Of a DNA stretch of 50,080 nt, positions 8,714 through 20,260 are shown piece after piece. Source of the stretch: Betaproteobacteria bacterium (GTDB taxonomy: Bacteria > Pseudomonadota > Gammaproteobacteria > Burkholderiales > Burkholderiaceae_C); the NCBI GenBank assembly GCA_043756825.1, contig JAYUQJ010000605.1, positions 1 to 50,080 of the forward strand. The letters are read 5' to 3'. The notes under the pieces are model-generated. The model was not told the origin of the DNA, did no database searches, and saw only the letters and a program-made list of their open reading frames with translations. The translations under genes were made by a program, and so were the position numbers. Every line of letters begins with the position of its first letter. Within the stretch, counting starts at the first letter, position 1.

Positions 8714-10110
8714 ACCAGGGCCTGGCCGACAGCGTGCGGCGCATCGTTCCCATCGCCTGGCCGGTGTTCGTGGGCCAGGTGGCGGTGCTGGGCTTCGGCA
8801 CGGTCGACACCGTGCTGGTGGCACGCCATTCACCCACCGACCTGGCCGCGCTGGCGGTGGGCGGGGCCACCTACATCACGGTGTTCATCGGCCTGATGGG
8901 CGTCGTGCTGGCGATCAGCCCGATCGTCGGCCAGCACTTCGGCGCCGGCAGGCTGCCGGAGGCCGGCCGCCAGGTCTGGCAGTCTCTGTGGATCGCGCTG
9001 GCACTTTCGCTGGTGGGCAGCAGCCTGCTGGCGTTTCCGGGGCCCTTTCTGGCCCTGGCGCAGGCCAGCCCGGCGGTGGCCGACAAAGTCCGCGGCTACC
9101 TGTTGATGCTGGCGCTGGCGCTGCCGGCGTCGCTGGTGTTCACGGTCTACCGGGGCTTCAACACCGCGGTGTCGCGGCCCAAGGCGGTGATGGCCCTGCA
9201 GGTGGGCGGGCTGGCGCTGAAGGTGCCGCTGTCGCTGGCCCTGGTCTCGGGCGTGCCGGCGCTGGGCCTGCCCGCCATGGGTGTATTGGGCTGCGGCCTG
9301 GGCACCCTGATCGTGATGTGGACGCAACTGCTGCTGGCCTGCTGGATGGTGCGCCGGGATAGCTTCTACCGGCCCTTCCAGATCGGCCTGCCGGCGCAGC
9401 GCCGGCCCGACGCCCAGGCCTTGAAGGCCCTGCTGCGCCTGGGCTTGCCGATGGGTCTGGCGATCCTGGTCGAGGTGTCGGGTTTCGCATTCATGGCGAT
9501 CTTCATCTCGCGCCTGGGCGAGACCGCGGTGGCCGGGCACCAGATTGCGGTCAACCTGGTGTCCCTGCTGTTCATGCTGCCACTGGGCTTGAGCAATGGC
9601 ACCAGTACCCTGGTGGCACAGCGCATCGGCGCAGGCGATCTGGTCGACGCCCGGCGGCTGGGCTGGCATGGCCTGCAGTTCACGCTGGGGCTGGCACTGC
9701 TGGTGGGTTGCAGCATCTACCTGTCGCGCCATTCAGTGCTGCGGCTCTACACCACCGACCCGGTGGTGCTGGCCGCCACCTTGCCGCTGCTGGCCTGGAT
9801 GGCGCTGTTTCATGCCGCCGATGCGGTGCAGACCGTGGCCGCCTTCGTGCTGCGCGCCTGGCGCATCACCACGCTGCCGATGCTGATCTTCGTGCTGTCG
9901 ATGTGGGGCGTGGGCCTGGGCGGCGGCTACCACCTGGCGTTCCAGTCCAAAGCCTGGGCGCCCGCCAGCTGGCAGGGTGCCAGCGGTTTCTGGATCGCAG
10001 CGACCGCCGGCCTGATCCTGGCCGCAGCCTTGCTCAGCGGCCTGCTGGCCTGGGTACAGGCCCAGCACCGGCACCCAGCGGCGGTGGCAGGGGCTGCGGC
10101 GGCAGGCTGA
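8710..10110 (+). CDS. MATE family efflux transporter (NorM-like)
   Basis: Many hydrophobic segments; VDTVLVAR, LGLPMG, AGHQIAVN motifs. Confidence 0.92.
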   Translation: MNQGLADSVRRIVPIAWPVFVGQVAVLGFGTVDTVLVARHSPTDLAALAVGGATYITVFIGLMGVVLAISPIVGQHFGAGRLPEAGRQVWQSLWIALALSLVGSSLLAFPGPFLALAQASPAVADKVRGYLLMLALALPASLVFTVYRGFNTAVSRPKAVMALQVGGLALKVPLSLALVSGVPALGLPAMGVLGCGLGTLIVMWTQLLLACWMVRRDSFYRPFQIGLPAQRRPDAQALKALLRLGLPMGLAILVEVSGFAFMAIFISRLGETAVAGHQIAVNLVSLLFMLPLGLSNGTSTLVAQRIGAGDLVDARRLGWHGLQFTLGLALLVGCSIYLSRHSVLRLYTTDPVVLAATLPLLAWMALFHAADAVQTVAAFVLRAWRITTLPMLIFVLSMWGVGLGGGYHLAFQSKAWAPASWQGASGFWIAATAGLILAAALLSGLLAWVQAQHRHPAAVAGAAAAG

Positions 10111-11611
10111 GCAGAAAACAGCTGCCCCCGCCCGGGCGCGACTCGCAATGCACGCTGCCGCCATGGCGCTGGGCGATCTGGCGCACCAGGCTCAGGCCCA
10201 GGCCCACCCCGCCTTCGCGCTCGGCATGGCCGGGCAGGCGGAAGAAGGGCTCGAAGATGCGATCGTGCAGTTCGGCCGGTACGCCCGGGCCACGGTCGCA
10301 GACGCGGGCTTCGGCGCCACCGCCAGCGCCAACGCCGACCTGGATGCGCACCTCGCCGCCGCCGTAGCGGCGGGCGTTTTCCAGCAAGTTGCGCAGCGCT
10401 CGGCGCAGCAGCCGCTCGCTGCCGATGACCGGCGCCAGCGCCACCCCGCCGATGGCCTCGACCTCGGCATCGATGCGCGAGGCCTCTTCAGCGGCAACCG
10501 CCAGCAAGTCGACCGGGGCGTCTTCGTCGAGGTTCTTGCCGGCGTCCAGCCGGCTGGCCAGCAGCACCTCTTCGACCAGCGCATCGAGCTCGGCCACATT
10601 GGCGTCGATTTCATGGCGCAGGCGGTCGCGCTGCGCGTCCGGCACCTCGCCATACAAGGCCACGGCCATTTTCAGGCGGGCCAGTGGCGAGCGCAGCTCA
10701 TGGCTGGCATTGGCCAGCAGCTGTTGGTGGCTGAGCACCAGGGTTTCGATGCGCTCGGCCGCCTGGTTGAAGGTGGCGGCCACGGCGGCCACCTCGTCGC
10801 TGCCCTCGGCATCGACCCGCTGCGACAGCTTGCCCGCGCCAAAGGCCTGCACACCCTGTTTCAGCGCTTCGAGCCGGCGGGTCAGCCGACGCACCACGGG
10901 GAAGGCCCCGGCGGCCACCGCCACAAACAGCATGGCCACCAGGATCAAGGGGCCCAGCGCTTGTGAAAAGCCCAGACTGAGCGGCAGGCCCGCCAGGCCG
11001 GCCAGACCCGGCAGGTGGGGCGGCCCGGGCGGGCCGGGCAGGCCCGAGGCTCGGCCGCCCAGGGCGGGACCGGGGCCATGCTCGCCCAGCATCGGGCCGC
11101 GCTGCGGCCGCAGCGCGCCCGGCACGCCCTGATCAGCGCCAGGCCCGCTGCGGGCCAGCGGACCGTCTGGGGCCAGGACGTCCAGTGGCGAGCGATCCGG
11201 CAAGGGACCCTCGGGCGGGGCCCGGCGCAGCGTGCGGCGCGCCAGCCACAAGGTGCGGCCGTCGTCCAAACGCACGGCGGCCGCCGCCCGCGGGCCGGCG
11301 TCGATCTCGCGCCGCAAAAAGCTCTCGGACGCGGCGATGCGCGTGCCCCGCCGGTCGTCCAGCGCCAGCGGCACGCGCAGCCGCGCCGACCACTCGCGCA
11401 AGGCCTCGGCCTGCTCACCCTGCGGTGCATCGGCGCCGGGCAGGGCGCGCTGCACCAGCTCGGCCCAGGCGGCCAGGCGCTCGGTGGCGGCGGACTCGAA
11501 GCGTACGCGTTCGTGCTCGATATGGCGTTGCCACATCCAGCCCGAGACCAATGCAAACAGCGCCAGCGCAGCCACCACCGTGAGCCAGATACGCAGGTAG
11601 AGCGACCTCAT
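10034..11611 (-). CDS. HAMP sensor histidine kinase (CpxA/RstB-like)
   Basis: Two TM segments, HAMP, H-box SHELRSPL, N-box NLLENA, DRGPG, GLGL. Confidence 0.92.
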   Translation of the reverse strand: MRSLYLRIWLTVVAALALFALVSGWMWQRHIEHERVRFESAATERLAAWAELVQRALPGADAPQGEQAEALREWSARLRVPLALDDRRGTRIAASESFLRREIDAGPRAAAAVRLDDGRTLWLARRTLRRAPPEGPLPDRSPLDVLAPDGPLARSGPGADQGVPGALRPQRGPMLGEHGPGPALGGRASGLPGPPGPPHLPGLAGLAGLPLSLGFSQALGPLILVAMLFVAVAAGAFPVVRRLTRRLEALKQGVQAFGAGKLSQRVDAEGSDEVAAVAATFNQAAERIETLVLSHQQLLANASHELRSPLARLKMAVALYGEVPDAQRDRLRHEIDANVAELDALVEEVLLASRLDAGKNLDEDAPVDLLAVAAEEASRIDAEVEAIGGVALAPVIGSERLLRRALRNLLENARRYGGGEVRIQVGVGAGGGAEARVCDRGPGVPAELHDRIFEPFFRLPGHAEREGGVGLGLSLVRQIAQRHGGSVHCESRPGGGSCFLLSLPPQPLPPPLGAGAGPVPRPAGR

Positions 11612-11669
11612 GCCGCACCGGCCGCCCGCGCCGGGCGTTCAAGCGGGGGCCGGCAGCCTGCCACGCGCG

Positions 11670-12377
11670 TCAATCGGCGGCGTCCTGCTTGCGCGCGAAC
11701 ACATAGCCCGAGCCGCGCACCGTCAAGACCCGCTTGGGGGCCTTGGGATCGTCTTCGATGCAAGCCCGGATGCGCGAGACATGCACGTCGATGCTGCGGT
11801 CGTAGGCCTCCATCGGATGGCCCTTGAGCGCGTCCATGATCTGGTCGCGGCTCAGCACCCGACCCGCCCCCTGCGCCAGCACCACCAGCAGATCGAACTG
11901 GTGGCCGGTGAGATCGCAGGCCTTGCCGTCGATGTTTGCCTGGCGTGCGCCCAGGTCGATCTCGAGCCGACCGAAGCGCAGGATGTCCTCCATCGGCGGG
12001 GCGGGCTGGGCGCGTCGCAGCAGGGCCTTGATGCGGGCCAGCAACTCGCGCGCCTCGAAAGGTTTGGCCAGGTAGTCGTCGGCGCCGAGCTCGAGGCCCA
12101 GTACCCGGTCCAGCGGCTCGCCCCGGGCCGTGAGCATCAGCAGCGGCAGGCGCTTGAAACGCGGATCGGCGCGCAATTCGCGGGTCAGGTCGAGACCGTC
12201 GCCATCGGGCAGCATCAGGTCCAGAACCAGGGCGTCGTAGGCGCCCAGCCGGAGCCGGTCGCGCCCGGCCGCCAGGGTGCCGGCCACATCCACCTCCTGG
12301 CCGTTGGCGCGCAGGTAGTCGCCCACCATCGCGGTCAGGCGCGCGTCGTCGTCGATCAACAGCAAGCGGGGCGTCAT
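11670..12377 (-). CDS. OmpR-family response regulator (CpxR-like)
   Basis: LIDDD, LDLMLP, GADDYLAKPF, RSIDVHVSRIR, TVRGSGY. Confidence 0.93.
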   Translation of the reverse strand: MTPRLLLIDDDARLTAMVGDYLRANGQEVDVAGTLAAGRDRLRLGAYDALVLDLMLPDGDGLDLTRELRADPRFKRLPLLMLTARGEPLDRVLGLELGADDYLAKPFEARELLARIKALLRRAQPAPPMEDILRFGRLEIDLGARQANIDGKACDLTGHQFDLLVVLAQGAGRVLSRDQIMDALKGHPMEAYDRSIDVHVSRIRACIEDDPKAPKRVLTVRGSGYVFARKQDAAD

Positions 12378-12495
12378 GGGCAGGTGACCCGGGCACCGCA
12401 CAGTCGCGGCGGTGCCGGCAGGCGGCCCGGCCCGGCCAGGCGCGCCCGCCTCCTGCGGCACCCGGGCCAGCCGGGATCAAGCCCGCATGCCGACA

Positions 12496-13059
12496 TCAGC
12501 TGCGCGGCGTCATCGATTCGCGCTCGCGGCGGTGCCGCTCGTGCATCTCGCGGTGGCCCTTGGCCTGTTCAGCCAGCTTCTGGCGTTGCTCGGGCGTGAG
12601 CACCGCGCTGGCGTCGAGCAGGGCCTGGAGATGGCGCTTGCTGGCCTGCTCATGGCGCCCGGCCAATTGCTGGCGCAGGTTTTCGGCCGCAGCGGTGTCC
12701 ACCTGAGGCGCCGCCAGGATCCCCATCATCTGCTGGTGCAGCGTCCGATCGGCCTCGCGCTGCTTGCGCACGTTATCGCGAACCCGACCCATGATGTCCT
12801 TGATACGGGTCTTCTGGTCGGCATTGGCACCCACCGCATCCAGCACCCGATCGGACAGCATGGCTGCGCCCTGGACACCCTGCCCGCGATGATGGGCCAT
12901 GGCGTGACGGGGGCCATCAGTGCCCGGGCCGCCGTGCGAGGGCTGGGCCTGGACCGCGTTGAACAGGGCCCCCGACAAGGCCACCACCCCGATCACCCGA
13001 CCACCGATCCGCGCCCAGGCGGGTCCGGGCCTGCGCGCCCTGATTGCTGTGCTGTGCAT
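12496..13059 (-). CDS. Spy/CpxP family periplasmic protein
   Basis: Signal peptide, His/Gly-rich segment, LTPEQ motif; GGAGGT RBS. Confidence 0.85.
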   Translation of the reverse strand: MHSTAIRARRPGPAWARIGGRVIGVVALSGALFNAVQAQPSHGGPGTDGPRHAMAHHRGQGVQGAAMLSDRVLDAVGANADQKTRIKDIMGRVRDNVRKQREADRTLHQQMMGILAAPQVDTAAAENLRQQLAGRHEQASKRHLQALLDASAVLTPEQRQKLAEQAKGHREMHERHRRERESMTPRS

Positions 13060-13126
13060 GACGTTCACCTCCAGGTTTTGGTGGTGCAATCGTGGCCAGG
13101 ACGGGTAAGGCCGGCTTGTTTGCACG

Positions 13127-13141
13127 GTAAAGATGGGTAAA
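13127..13141. promoter_or_regulatory. CpxR-type binding box
   Basis: GTAAA-GATGG-GTAAA, an exact match to GTAAA-N5-GTAAA, about 70 bp upstream of the Spy/CpxP-like gene. Confidence 0.7.
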
Positions 13142-13163
13142 CCGGTGGGCGCGAGGGTAGCCG

Positions 13164-14114
13164 TCAGGGCGCGGCCGGCTCGATGCGCATCAAGCGCCGC
13201 CGCACCGCGAAGGCCGGATTGGCGCTGCGCAGTTCAAGGCGCAACAAGACCCCATGCTGGCGGTCAACCGCCATCACGCCGTCCAGCCGGGTACTGCCCT
13301 CCTGGAGGCCGGCCGCAGGGTTGCCGCCGGGCGCCTCGCCGAAGAGCTCGATCACTGCCACGTCAAAACTGCGGCCGGCGATGGTTTGTGGCCCGGTGGC
13401 CACCACCTGGCCGCGCACCCGCGCACTGGCCACCGACTCTTGCGCGCCCGCCAGTTCGCCCACCAGCACCTGGCCCAGCGTCAGCCCGGTCTTGAGCAGG
13501 CGGCGCCAGCCGATCAGGGCGGGCCGCCCTTCGAGTACCGAATTGCCGGCCCAATCCTGTTGCCAGGCTTCGGCCTGCCACAGTCCATCGAACTGCACGC
13601 GAAACTCGATGCCATCGCGACGCAGGCCGCTGACCTGCATTGCCAGGGTGCGGGACGTCGCGCCGACCCTGTCGTCGTAGACCAGGCGCTCGCCCAGGGC
13701 CACCGGCAAGGCCGCCTGGCGCTGGGCAGACAGGGTGTCAGGGGGCGGGCCGCAGTCCTTGGCGCGGGCAGCAGAACGCAGGGCCTCGAAGCGGCCCTTC
13801 AATGCGGCAAGCTCGGCTGCCTCGGGGCCATCGGGTCGCATGGCCAGCAGGGCCGGCCAGAACACGGTAATCCCCAGGCCCAGCGCGATGATGTTGTTGC
13901 CCGCCCGCGAATCGACCGCATAGGCCACGTCCGCCGCCTGCTGCTGCACCGCATCGGTTTCGTCGACCAGGCGTTCACAAGGCCAGGCGGCATAGTGGGC
14001 AGGGTCAGCAGGCTTTGCGGCGATCTCACCCGACCGCGACGCACAGGCCGACACCAGCGCCAGCGCCGCAGCGGCGGCACCAGCGGTCGACCAGGACGGG
14101 TACCAGGCGGGCAT
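13164..14114 (-). CDS. Hypothetical lipoprotein
   Basis: Lipobox-like LALVSAC; 316 aa ORF filling the gap before the tRNA terminator. Confidence 0.7.
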   Translation of the reverse strand: MPAWYPSWSTAGAAAAALALVSACASRSGEIAAKPADPAHYAAWPCERLVDETDAVQQQAADVAYAVDSRAGNNIIALGLGITVFWPALLAMRPDGPEAAELAALKGRFEALRSAARAKDCGPPPDTLSAQRQAALPVALGERLVYDDRVGATSRTLAMQVSGLRRDGIEFRVQFDGLWQAEAWQQDWAGNSVLEGRPALIGWRRLLKTGLTLGQVLVGELAGAQESVASARVRGQVVATGPQTIAGRSFDVAVIELFGEAPGGNPAAGLQEGSTRLDGVMAVDRQHGVLLRLELRSANPAFAVRRRLMRIEPAAP

Positions 14115-14356
14115 GCCGGAATGATAGTGCCCTGGCCGACCCTGTCCGGGGCTGCAAGCTCAGCAGAGAAGCCGACTGCCGCAGCGGGTATCGAACAGCC
14201 TGCGGTGCGATCAGCAAAGGGCCGGGACGCGCCAACAGCGGAGCGATGGACTCAAGCCAGCCGGTTTGCCGGGCGGCACGACGCGGCATGCCGGGCGAGT
14301 TCGATGGGGCCACCCCGCCGGCGGCCAAGCGGATTCGCAAGTGCGCTGCCAGAAAG

Positions 14357-14392
14357 AAAAAACCCCAAGTGAATCAATCACTTGGGGTTTTT
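14357..14392 (-). terminator. Intrinsic terminator of tRNA-Ser
   Basis: AAAAACCCCAAGTGA-ATCAA-TCACTTGGGGTTTTT hairpin. Confidence 0.85.
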
Positions 14393-14396
14393 GGTC

Positions 14397-14487
14397 TGGC
14401 GGAGAAGGAGGGATTCGAACCCTCGATACGGGAGAACCGTATACCGGATTTCGAGTCCGGCGCATTCGACCACTCTGCCACCTCTCC
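14397..14487 (-). tRNA. tRNA-Ser (CGA)
   Basis: GGAGAGG acceptor, anticodon arm CCGGA-CTCGAAA-TCCGG, long variable arm, GGTTCGAATCC T-arm, encoded CCA. Confidence 0.97.
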
Positions 14488-14587
14488 TGGTGTCCGCAGT
14501 GCGCACCTTTGGCCGCACACCCCCCGGGGTCATCGGGTCAAGCCATTGATTCTAGCGTCCTTTTTTCCATGCTGGCCGGTCTTGAAC

Positions 14588-16051
<1,464 letters not shown>

Positions 16052-17056
16052 TCACGATCGCGATGCGCTTACCGGCGCCATCAACCGCTCACTGGCCGCC
16101 ATCGACTTGTCACCCAGGCCCATGGGCAGCGGAAATTGCACCGTCTCGGCCACCCCTTCCATGCGGCTGATGCTGCGCGCCCCCAGTTGCTTGAGCCGGT
16201 CGATCACCTGCTGCACCAGCAGATCGGGGGCTGAGGCACCGGCCGTCAGGCCGACCCGCGGCCGGCCGGTAAACCAGTCGGGCTGCAGGTCATCGGCCGC
16301 ATCGACCATGTGACTGGGCGTGCCCAGGCGTTCGGCCAGCTCGCGCAGGCGGTTGCTGTTGCTGCTGGTGGGACTGCCCACCACGATGACGATGTCGACC
16401 CGCGGCGCCATGATCTTGACCGCGTCCTGGCGGTTCTGCGTGGCGTAGCAGATGTCTTGCTGCTTGGGCTCGCGCACATGGGGAAACAGGCGCTTGACCT
16501 CGGCCAGGATGGCCGCCGCGTCGTCCACGCTGAGCGTGGTCTGGGTCACCACCGCCAACTGCCGGCCACGCGGCTGCACGCGGGCCACATCGGCCACGTC
16601 CTCGACCAGGTAGATGCCTTCGGACAGCTGGCCCATCGTGCCCTCGACCTCGGGATGGCCCTTGTGGCCGATCATGATGAACTCGAAGCCCTCGCGCGCC
16701 AGCTTGGCCACCTCGACATGCACCTTGCTGACCAGCGGGCAGGTGGCATCGAAGACCTGGAAGCCGCGCACTGCCGCCTCGGCGCGCACCGCCTGGCTCA
16801 CGCCGTGGGCACTGAAGACCAGCGTGGCACCGGGTGGCACATCGGCAAGGTCCTCGATGAAGACCGCGCCCCTGGTCTTGAGATCGTTGACCACATAGGT
16901 GTTGTGCACGATCTCGTGGCGTACATAGATGGGGGCGCCGAAGCGCTTGAGCGCGCGTTCGACAATCTCGATGGCGCGATCGACCCCGGCGCAAAAACCG
17001 CGCGGCTCGGCCAGCAAGACATGGTCGACCTGGTGAACTGGAAGAAACTCAGGCAT
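16052..17056 (-). CDS. ispH: 4-hydroxy-3-methylbut-2-enyl diphosphate reductase
   Basis: [35 protein letters not shown]. Confidence 0.97.
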   Translation of the reverse strand: MPEFLPVHQVDHVLLAEPRGFCAGVDRAIEIVERALKRFGAPIYVRHEIVHNTYVVNDLKTRGAVFIEDLADVPPGATLVFSAHGVSQAVRAEAAVRGFQVFDATCPLVSKVHVEVAKLAREGFEFIMIGHKGHPEVEGTMGQLSEGIYLVEDVADVARVQPRGRQLAVVTQTTLSVDDAAAILAEVKRLFPHVREPKQQDICYATQNRQDAVKIMAPRVDIVIVVGSPTSSNSNRLRELAERLGTPSHMVDAADDLQPDWFTGRPRVGLTAGASAPDLLVQQVIDRLKQLGARSISRMEGVAETVQFPLPMGLGDKSMAASERLMAPVSASRS

Positions 17057-17529
17057 CAAATCACCCCGATGACATGCACTTCAAAAGTCACCGGCAGGCC
17101 CGCCAGCGGATGGTTGAAGTCGAACAGCAGCCAGCCTTCGCCGGTCTCGCGCACCACCCCGGCATAACTGCCGCCGCCCGTGGGCGTTGGGAACTGCACC
17201 ACATCGCCGACCTGGTATTGCGCGTCCGGGTCGCCCCATTCGGCCAGCAGGCTGCGCTTGACGCGCTGCAGCAGGCTGGGGTTGCGCTCACCGAAAGCCT
17301 CACCCGCGGCCAGCGAGAACACCCGCCGGCTGCCCTCGGGCAGGCCGATCAGGTGGCGCTCCAGCGCCGGGGCCAGCTGACCGGTGCCCAGCGACAGGGT
17401 CGCCGGCTTGTCGGTGAAAGTGTTGATCACGTCTGCGCCGTCGGGGCCGGCGAGCCGGTAGTGCAGGGTCAGGAACGACCCCTCCAGAATAGTGATCACG
17501 CTTTTGGGGGATGGTTGGGGGAAGGTCAT
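17056..17529 (-). CDS. fkpB: FKBP-type peptidyl-prolyl isomerase (SlpA/FkpB)
   Basis: [16 protein letters not shown] motifs; directly upstream of ispH. Confidence 0.9.
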   Translation of the reverse strand: MTFPQPSPKSVITILEGSFLTLHYRLAGPDGADVINTFTDKPATLSLGTGQLAPALERHLIGLPEGSRRVFSLAAGEAFGERNPSLLQRVKRSLLAEWGDPDAQYQVGDVVQFPTPTGGGSYAGVVRETGEGWLLFDFNHPLAGLPVTFEVHVIGVI

Positions 17530-17634
17530 GCGTCAGGCCAGCGCATAGACTGAAACCCGGATTCTAGTTGCCGCCCCACCCGCCGCCCCATCCGCCACCC
17601 CATCCGCCGCCCTGCCCCCAGCCCTGCCCCGCCC

Positions 17635-18309
17635 ATGTCGATCAAGGACCTGCCCATCAACGCCCGCCCGCGCGAGAAGCTGCTGCAGTTGGGTGCCGCC
17701 GCCTTGTCGGGGCCCGAGCTGCTGGCCTTGTTGCTGCGCACCGGCACCCGCGGCCAGGGCGTGCTGCAGATGGCCGATGGCGTACTGCAGCGCTTCGGCG
17801 GCTTTGCCGGGCTGCTGCAGGCCGACCCGGCCGAACTCAAATCCGTCAAAGGCCTTGGCCCGGCCAAGCGGGCCGAACTGGCCGCCGTGGTGGAGATGGC
17901 ACGCCGCGCGCTGGCGCAGCGCCTGGAGGCCGCAACGGTGTTCGACTCGCCCCAGGTGGTCAAGGACTACCTGCAACTGCAACTGGGCAGCCTGCCGCAT
18001 GAGGTGTTTGCAGTGCTGTTCCTGGACGCCCAGCACCGCTTGATCAAGCTCGACCAGATGTTCACCGGCACCCTGAGCCAGACCAGCGTCTACCCCCGCG
18101 AAGTGGTCAAACGCGCCTTGTCGCGCAACGCGGCGGCGGTGATCCTGGCGCATAACCACCCCTCGGGCGTGGCGGAGCCCTCGCGCGCCGACGAGTTCCT
18201 GACCCAGACGCTCAAGAGTGCGCTGGCGCTGGTGGACGTGCGGGTGCTCGACCACCTGGTCGTGGGCCAGGGCGTGGTGGTGTCATTTGCCGAGCGGGGC
18301 CTGTTGTGA
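17635..18309 (+). CDS. radC: RadC/YicR family JAB-domain protein
   Basis: PREKL, HhH GLGPAK, HNHPSG...S..D, LDHLVVG. Confidence 0.95.
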   Translation: MSIKDLPINARPREKLLQLGAAALSGPELLALLLRTGTRGQGVLQMADGVLQRFGGFAGLLQADPAELKSVKGLGPAKRAELAAVVEMARRALAQRLEAATVFDSPQVVKDYLQLQLGSLPHEVFAVLFLDAQHRLIKLDQMFTGTLSQTSVYPREVVKRALSRNAAAVILAHNHPSGVAEPSRADEFLTQTLKSALALVDVRVLDHLVVGQGVVVSFAERGLL

Positions 18310-19007
18310 AAGTGCACAGCCTGGCCGAGATCGGCCGCCTGCGCCTGGCCCTGCAGGCCGCGCGGTGCGAAGCCGCCGAGCGCGCCGCGCACCTGGCGCG
18401 CGAACAGGCGGCGCAGCAGGCTGCCGCGCTGGCCCTGGCCGCACGGCCCCAACACCGCGAGGTGCTGGCCCGGGCGGCCGAGCCGAACGGTCTGTTTGCC
18501 CGCAGCGTGGGCGCCGCGCATGCCTTGCGCGACAAGGGCCAGGCCGATCTGCAGCTGCCGCGCCCCCAGCCACAGCCCCTGCAACGCCAGAGGGACGAGC
18601 AGGCCGCGCTGGCCGAGTCGATGTCGGACGAAGTGACGCTGGAGACACTCTTGCTCACTGACGACGGCCTGAGCTTCCGCCGCCCCGGCATCGGCGTGGA
18701 CGTGGTAAGCCGCCTGCGCAAGGGCCATTGGGCGCTGCAGGGTCAGATCGACCTGCACGGCTGCACCCGCGACGAAGCGCGCGAATTGCTGGCCGGCTAC
18801 ATCCGCGAGAGCCACCGCCGGGGCCTGCGTTGTCTGCGGGTGGTGCACGGCAAGGGCCACGGCTCGCCCGGCAGGCAGCCGGTGCTCAAGGCCAAGGTGC
18901 AGCGCTGGCTGGCGCAATGCGGCGAGGTGATCGCCTTTGCCCAGGCCAGCGGGCCTCAGGGTGGCGCCGGGGCGCTGATGGTGTTGCTGGCCGGTCTGGC
19001 GCGCTGA
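18306..19007 (+). CDS. Smr/MutS2-domain protein
   Basis: IDLHG, VVHGKG, GGAGA; GTG start overlaps radC stop. Confidence 0.9.
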   Translation: MKVHSLAEIGRLRLALQAARCEAAERAAHLAREQAAQQAAALALAARPQHREVLARAAEPNGLFARSVGAAHALRDKGQADLQLPRPQPQPLQRQRDEQAALAESMSDEVTLETLLLTDDGLSFRRPGIGVDVVSRLRKGHWALQGQIDLHGCTRDEARELLAGYIRESHRRGLRCLRVVHGKGHGSPGRQPVLKAKVQRWLAQCGEVIAFAQASGPQGGAGALMVLLAGLAR

Positions 19008-19058
19008 GCGCCGGCCGTGCCCGCCGCAAGCTGTGCGGGGCCGGCGGGCGGCCAGCCC

Positions 19059-19472
19059 TCAGCCGCCCTTGTTGCGCATCCAGTCGGCGGTGCCGAAGAA
19101 GCCCTCGGCCAGCCGCCGGGCCAGCTCAGGCTCTATCGCCTGGTCGGCCATGGCCTGGCCCATGCAGGCCAGCCACTGGTCGCGCTCGGCGATACCGATG
19201 GCATAGGGCAGGTGGCGGGCCCGCAGGCGCGGATGGCCAAAACGCTGGACATACAAATCGGGCCCGCCCAGCCACCCGCACAAAAACCAGAACAGCTTGT
19301 CGCGCGACCGGTCCAGGCGGGGCGGGTGCAGCACGCGCACGCCTGCCAGCGCGGGCTCGAGGTCCATCAGGTCGTAGAACCGGTCCACCAAGGCGCGTAC
19401 CCCGGCCTCGCCGCCGAGTCGGTCGAAGGGCGTCAGCGGCGGGGCGGCGCTGCCCTCGGCATCCGCACTCAT
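19059..19472 (-). CDS. glbO: Group II truncated hemoglobin
   Basis: LVDRFYDLM, FLCGWLGGP, HPRLRARH, RDQWL. Confidence 0.9.
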   Translation of the reverse strand: MSADAEGSAAPPLTPFDRLGGEAGVRALVDRFYDLMDLEPALAGVRVLHPPRLDRSRDKLFWFLCGWLGGPDLYVQRFGHPRLRARHLPYAIGIAERDQWLACMGQAMADQAIEPELARRLAEGFFGTADWMRNKGG

Positions 19473-20260
19473 GGCCGCAGCAGCCTGCCCGCCGCAGCCA
19501 CGAGCGCGACGGCGGCGGCGCTGCCGGGCAGAAACTCAAGCAGCAATTGGCGCCGCTGGATTGACTCGCGCACCGCAGCGTCCATCGGCACCTCGCCCAG
19601 CAGGGCCAGCTGCAAGGGCGCGGCCAGGCCCGGATTGACGAACCGGTCCAGCACCGCCTGCAGCTGGCCGCGCACCGCCAGGCCGTCGCCCACCCGCTGG
19701 GCCTGGTTGACCAGCAGCCGCATGGGTCGGGCCGCCTGGGTCGCCGCCAGCACCTTGAGGGTGGCGTAGGCGTCGGTCAGCGAGGTCGGTTCGGGTGTGG
19801 CCACCACCAGCACCTCATCGCCGAGCGACACGGTGAACAACACCACATCCGAAATGCCGGCACCGGTGTCGAGCAGGATGTGATCGAAGCGCGGCCGCAC
19901 CTGGCGCACCACCTCCAGCAGTTTTTCGCGCACCTCAGGCGTCATGCGCGAATATTCAACCAGTCCGGATCCCGCCAACAGCACCGAGAAGCCCCCGGGG
20001 GCCGCCAGCAGCGCATCATCGAGCGCCACCCGGCCGGTAAACACGTCGTGCAGCGTGACGCGCCCGGCCAGGTTGAGCACCACGTCCAGGTTGGCCAGGC
20101 CGAGGTCGGCGTCAAGCACCAACACGCGTTGGCCGGCGCGCGCCAAGGCCGCCGCCAGGTTGGCGGCGACAAGGGTCTTGCCCACGCCCCCCTTGCCGCT
20201 GGTGATTGCGGTGATGCGGGCGCCTGGGCGCTGGTCGGGGATAGCAGCGCGGGTATTCAT
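19469..20260 (-). CDS. flhG: MinD-like ATPase of the FlhG/FleN type
   Basis: ITSGKGGVGKT, DADLGLAN, DTGAGI, TPEPTSLTDAY. Confidence 0.85.
   Translation of the reverse strand: MNTRAAIPDQRPGARITAITSGKGGVGKTLVAANLAAALARAGQRVLVLDADLGLANLDVVLNLAGRVTLHDVFTGRVALDDALLAAPGGFSVLLAGSGLVEYSRMTPEVREKLLEVVRQVRPRFDHILLDTGAGISDVVLFTVSLGDEVLVVATPEPTSLTDAYATLKVLAATQAARPMRLLVNQAQRVGDGLAVRGQLQAVLDRFVNPGLAAPLQLALLGEVPMDAAVRESIQRRQLLLEFLPGSAAAVALVAAAGRLLRP

Noticed and set aside
10034-10110. 77-bp 3' overlap of MATE and kinase as antisense regulation
   Set aside because: Both tails are low complexity; stop-codon drift in high-GC DNA explains it
14397-14487. tRNA-Ser as an island integration site
   Set aside because: No integrase and no duplicated tRNA 3' end seen; the terminator follows directly
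17635-19007. radC (JAB) plus Smr as a defence system
   Set aside because: Full-length chromosomal RadC among housekeeping genes; no E1/E2, CBASS or other defence genes nearby
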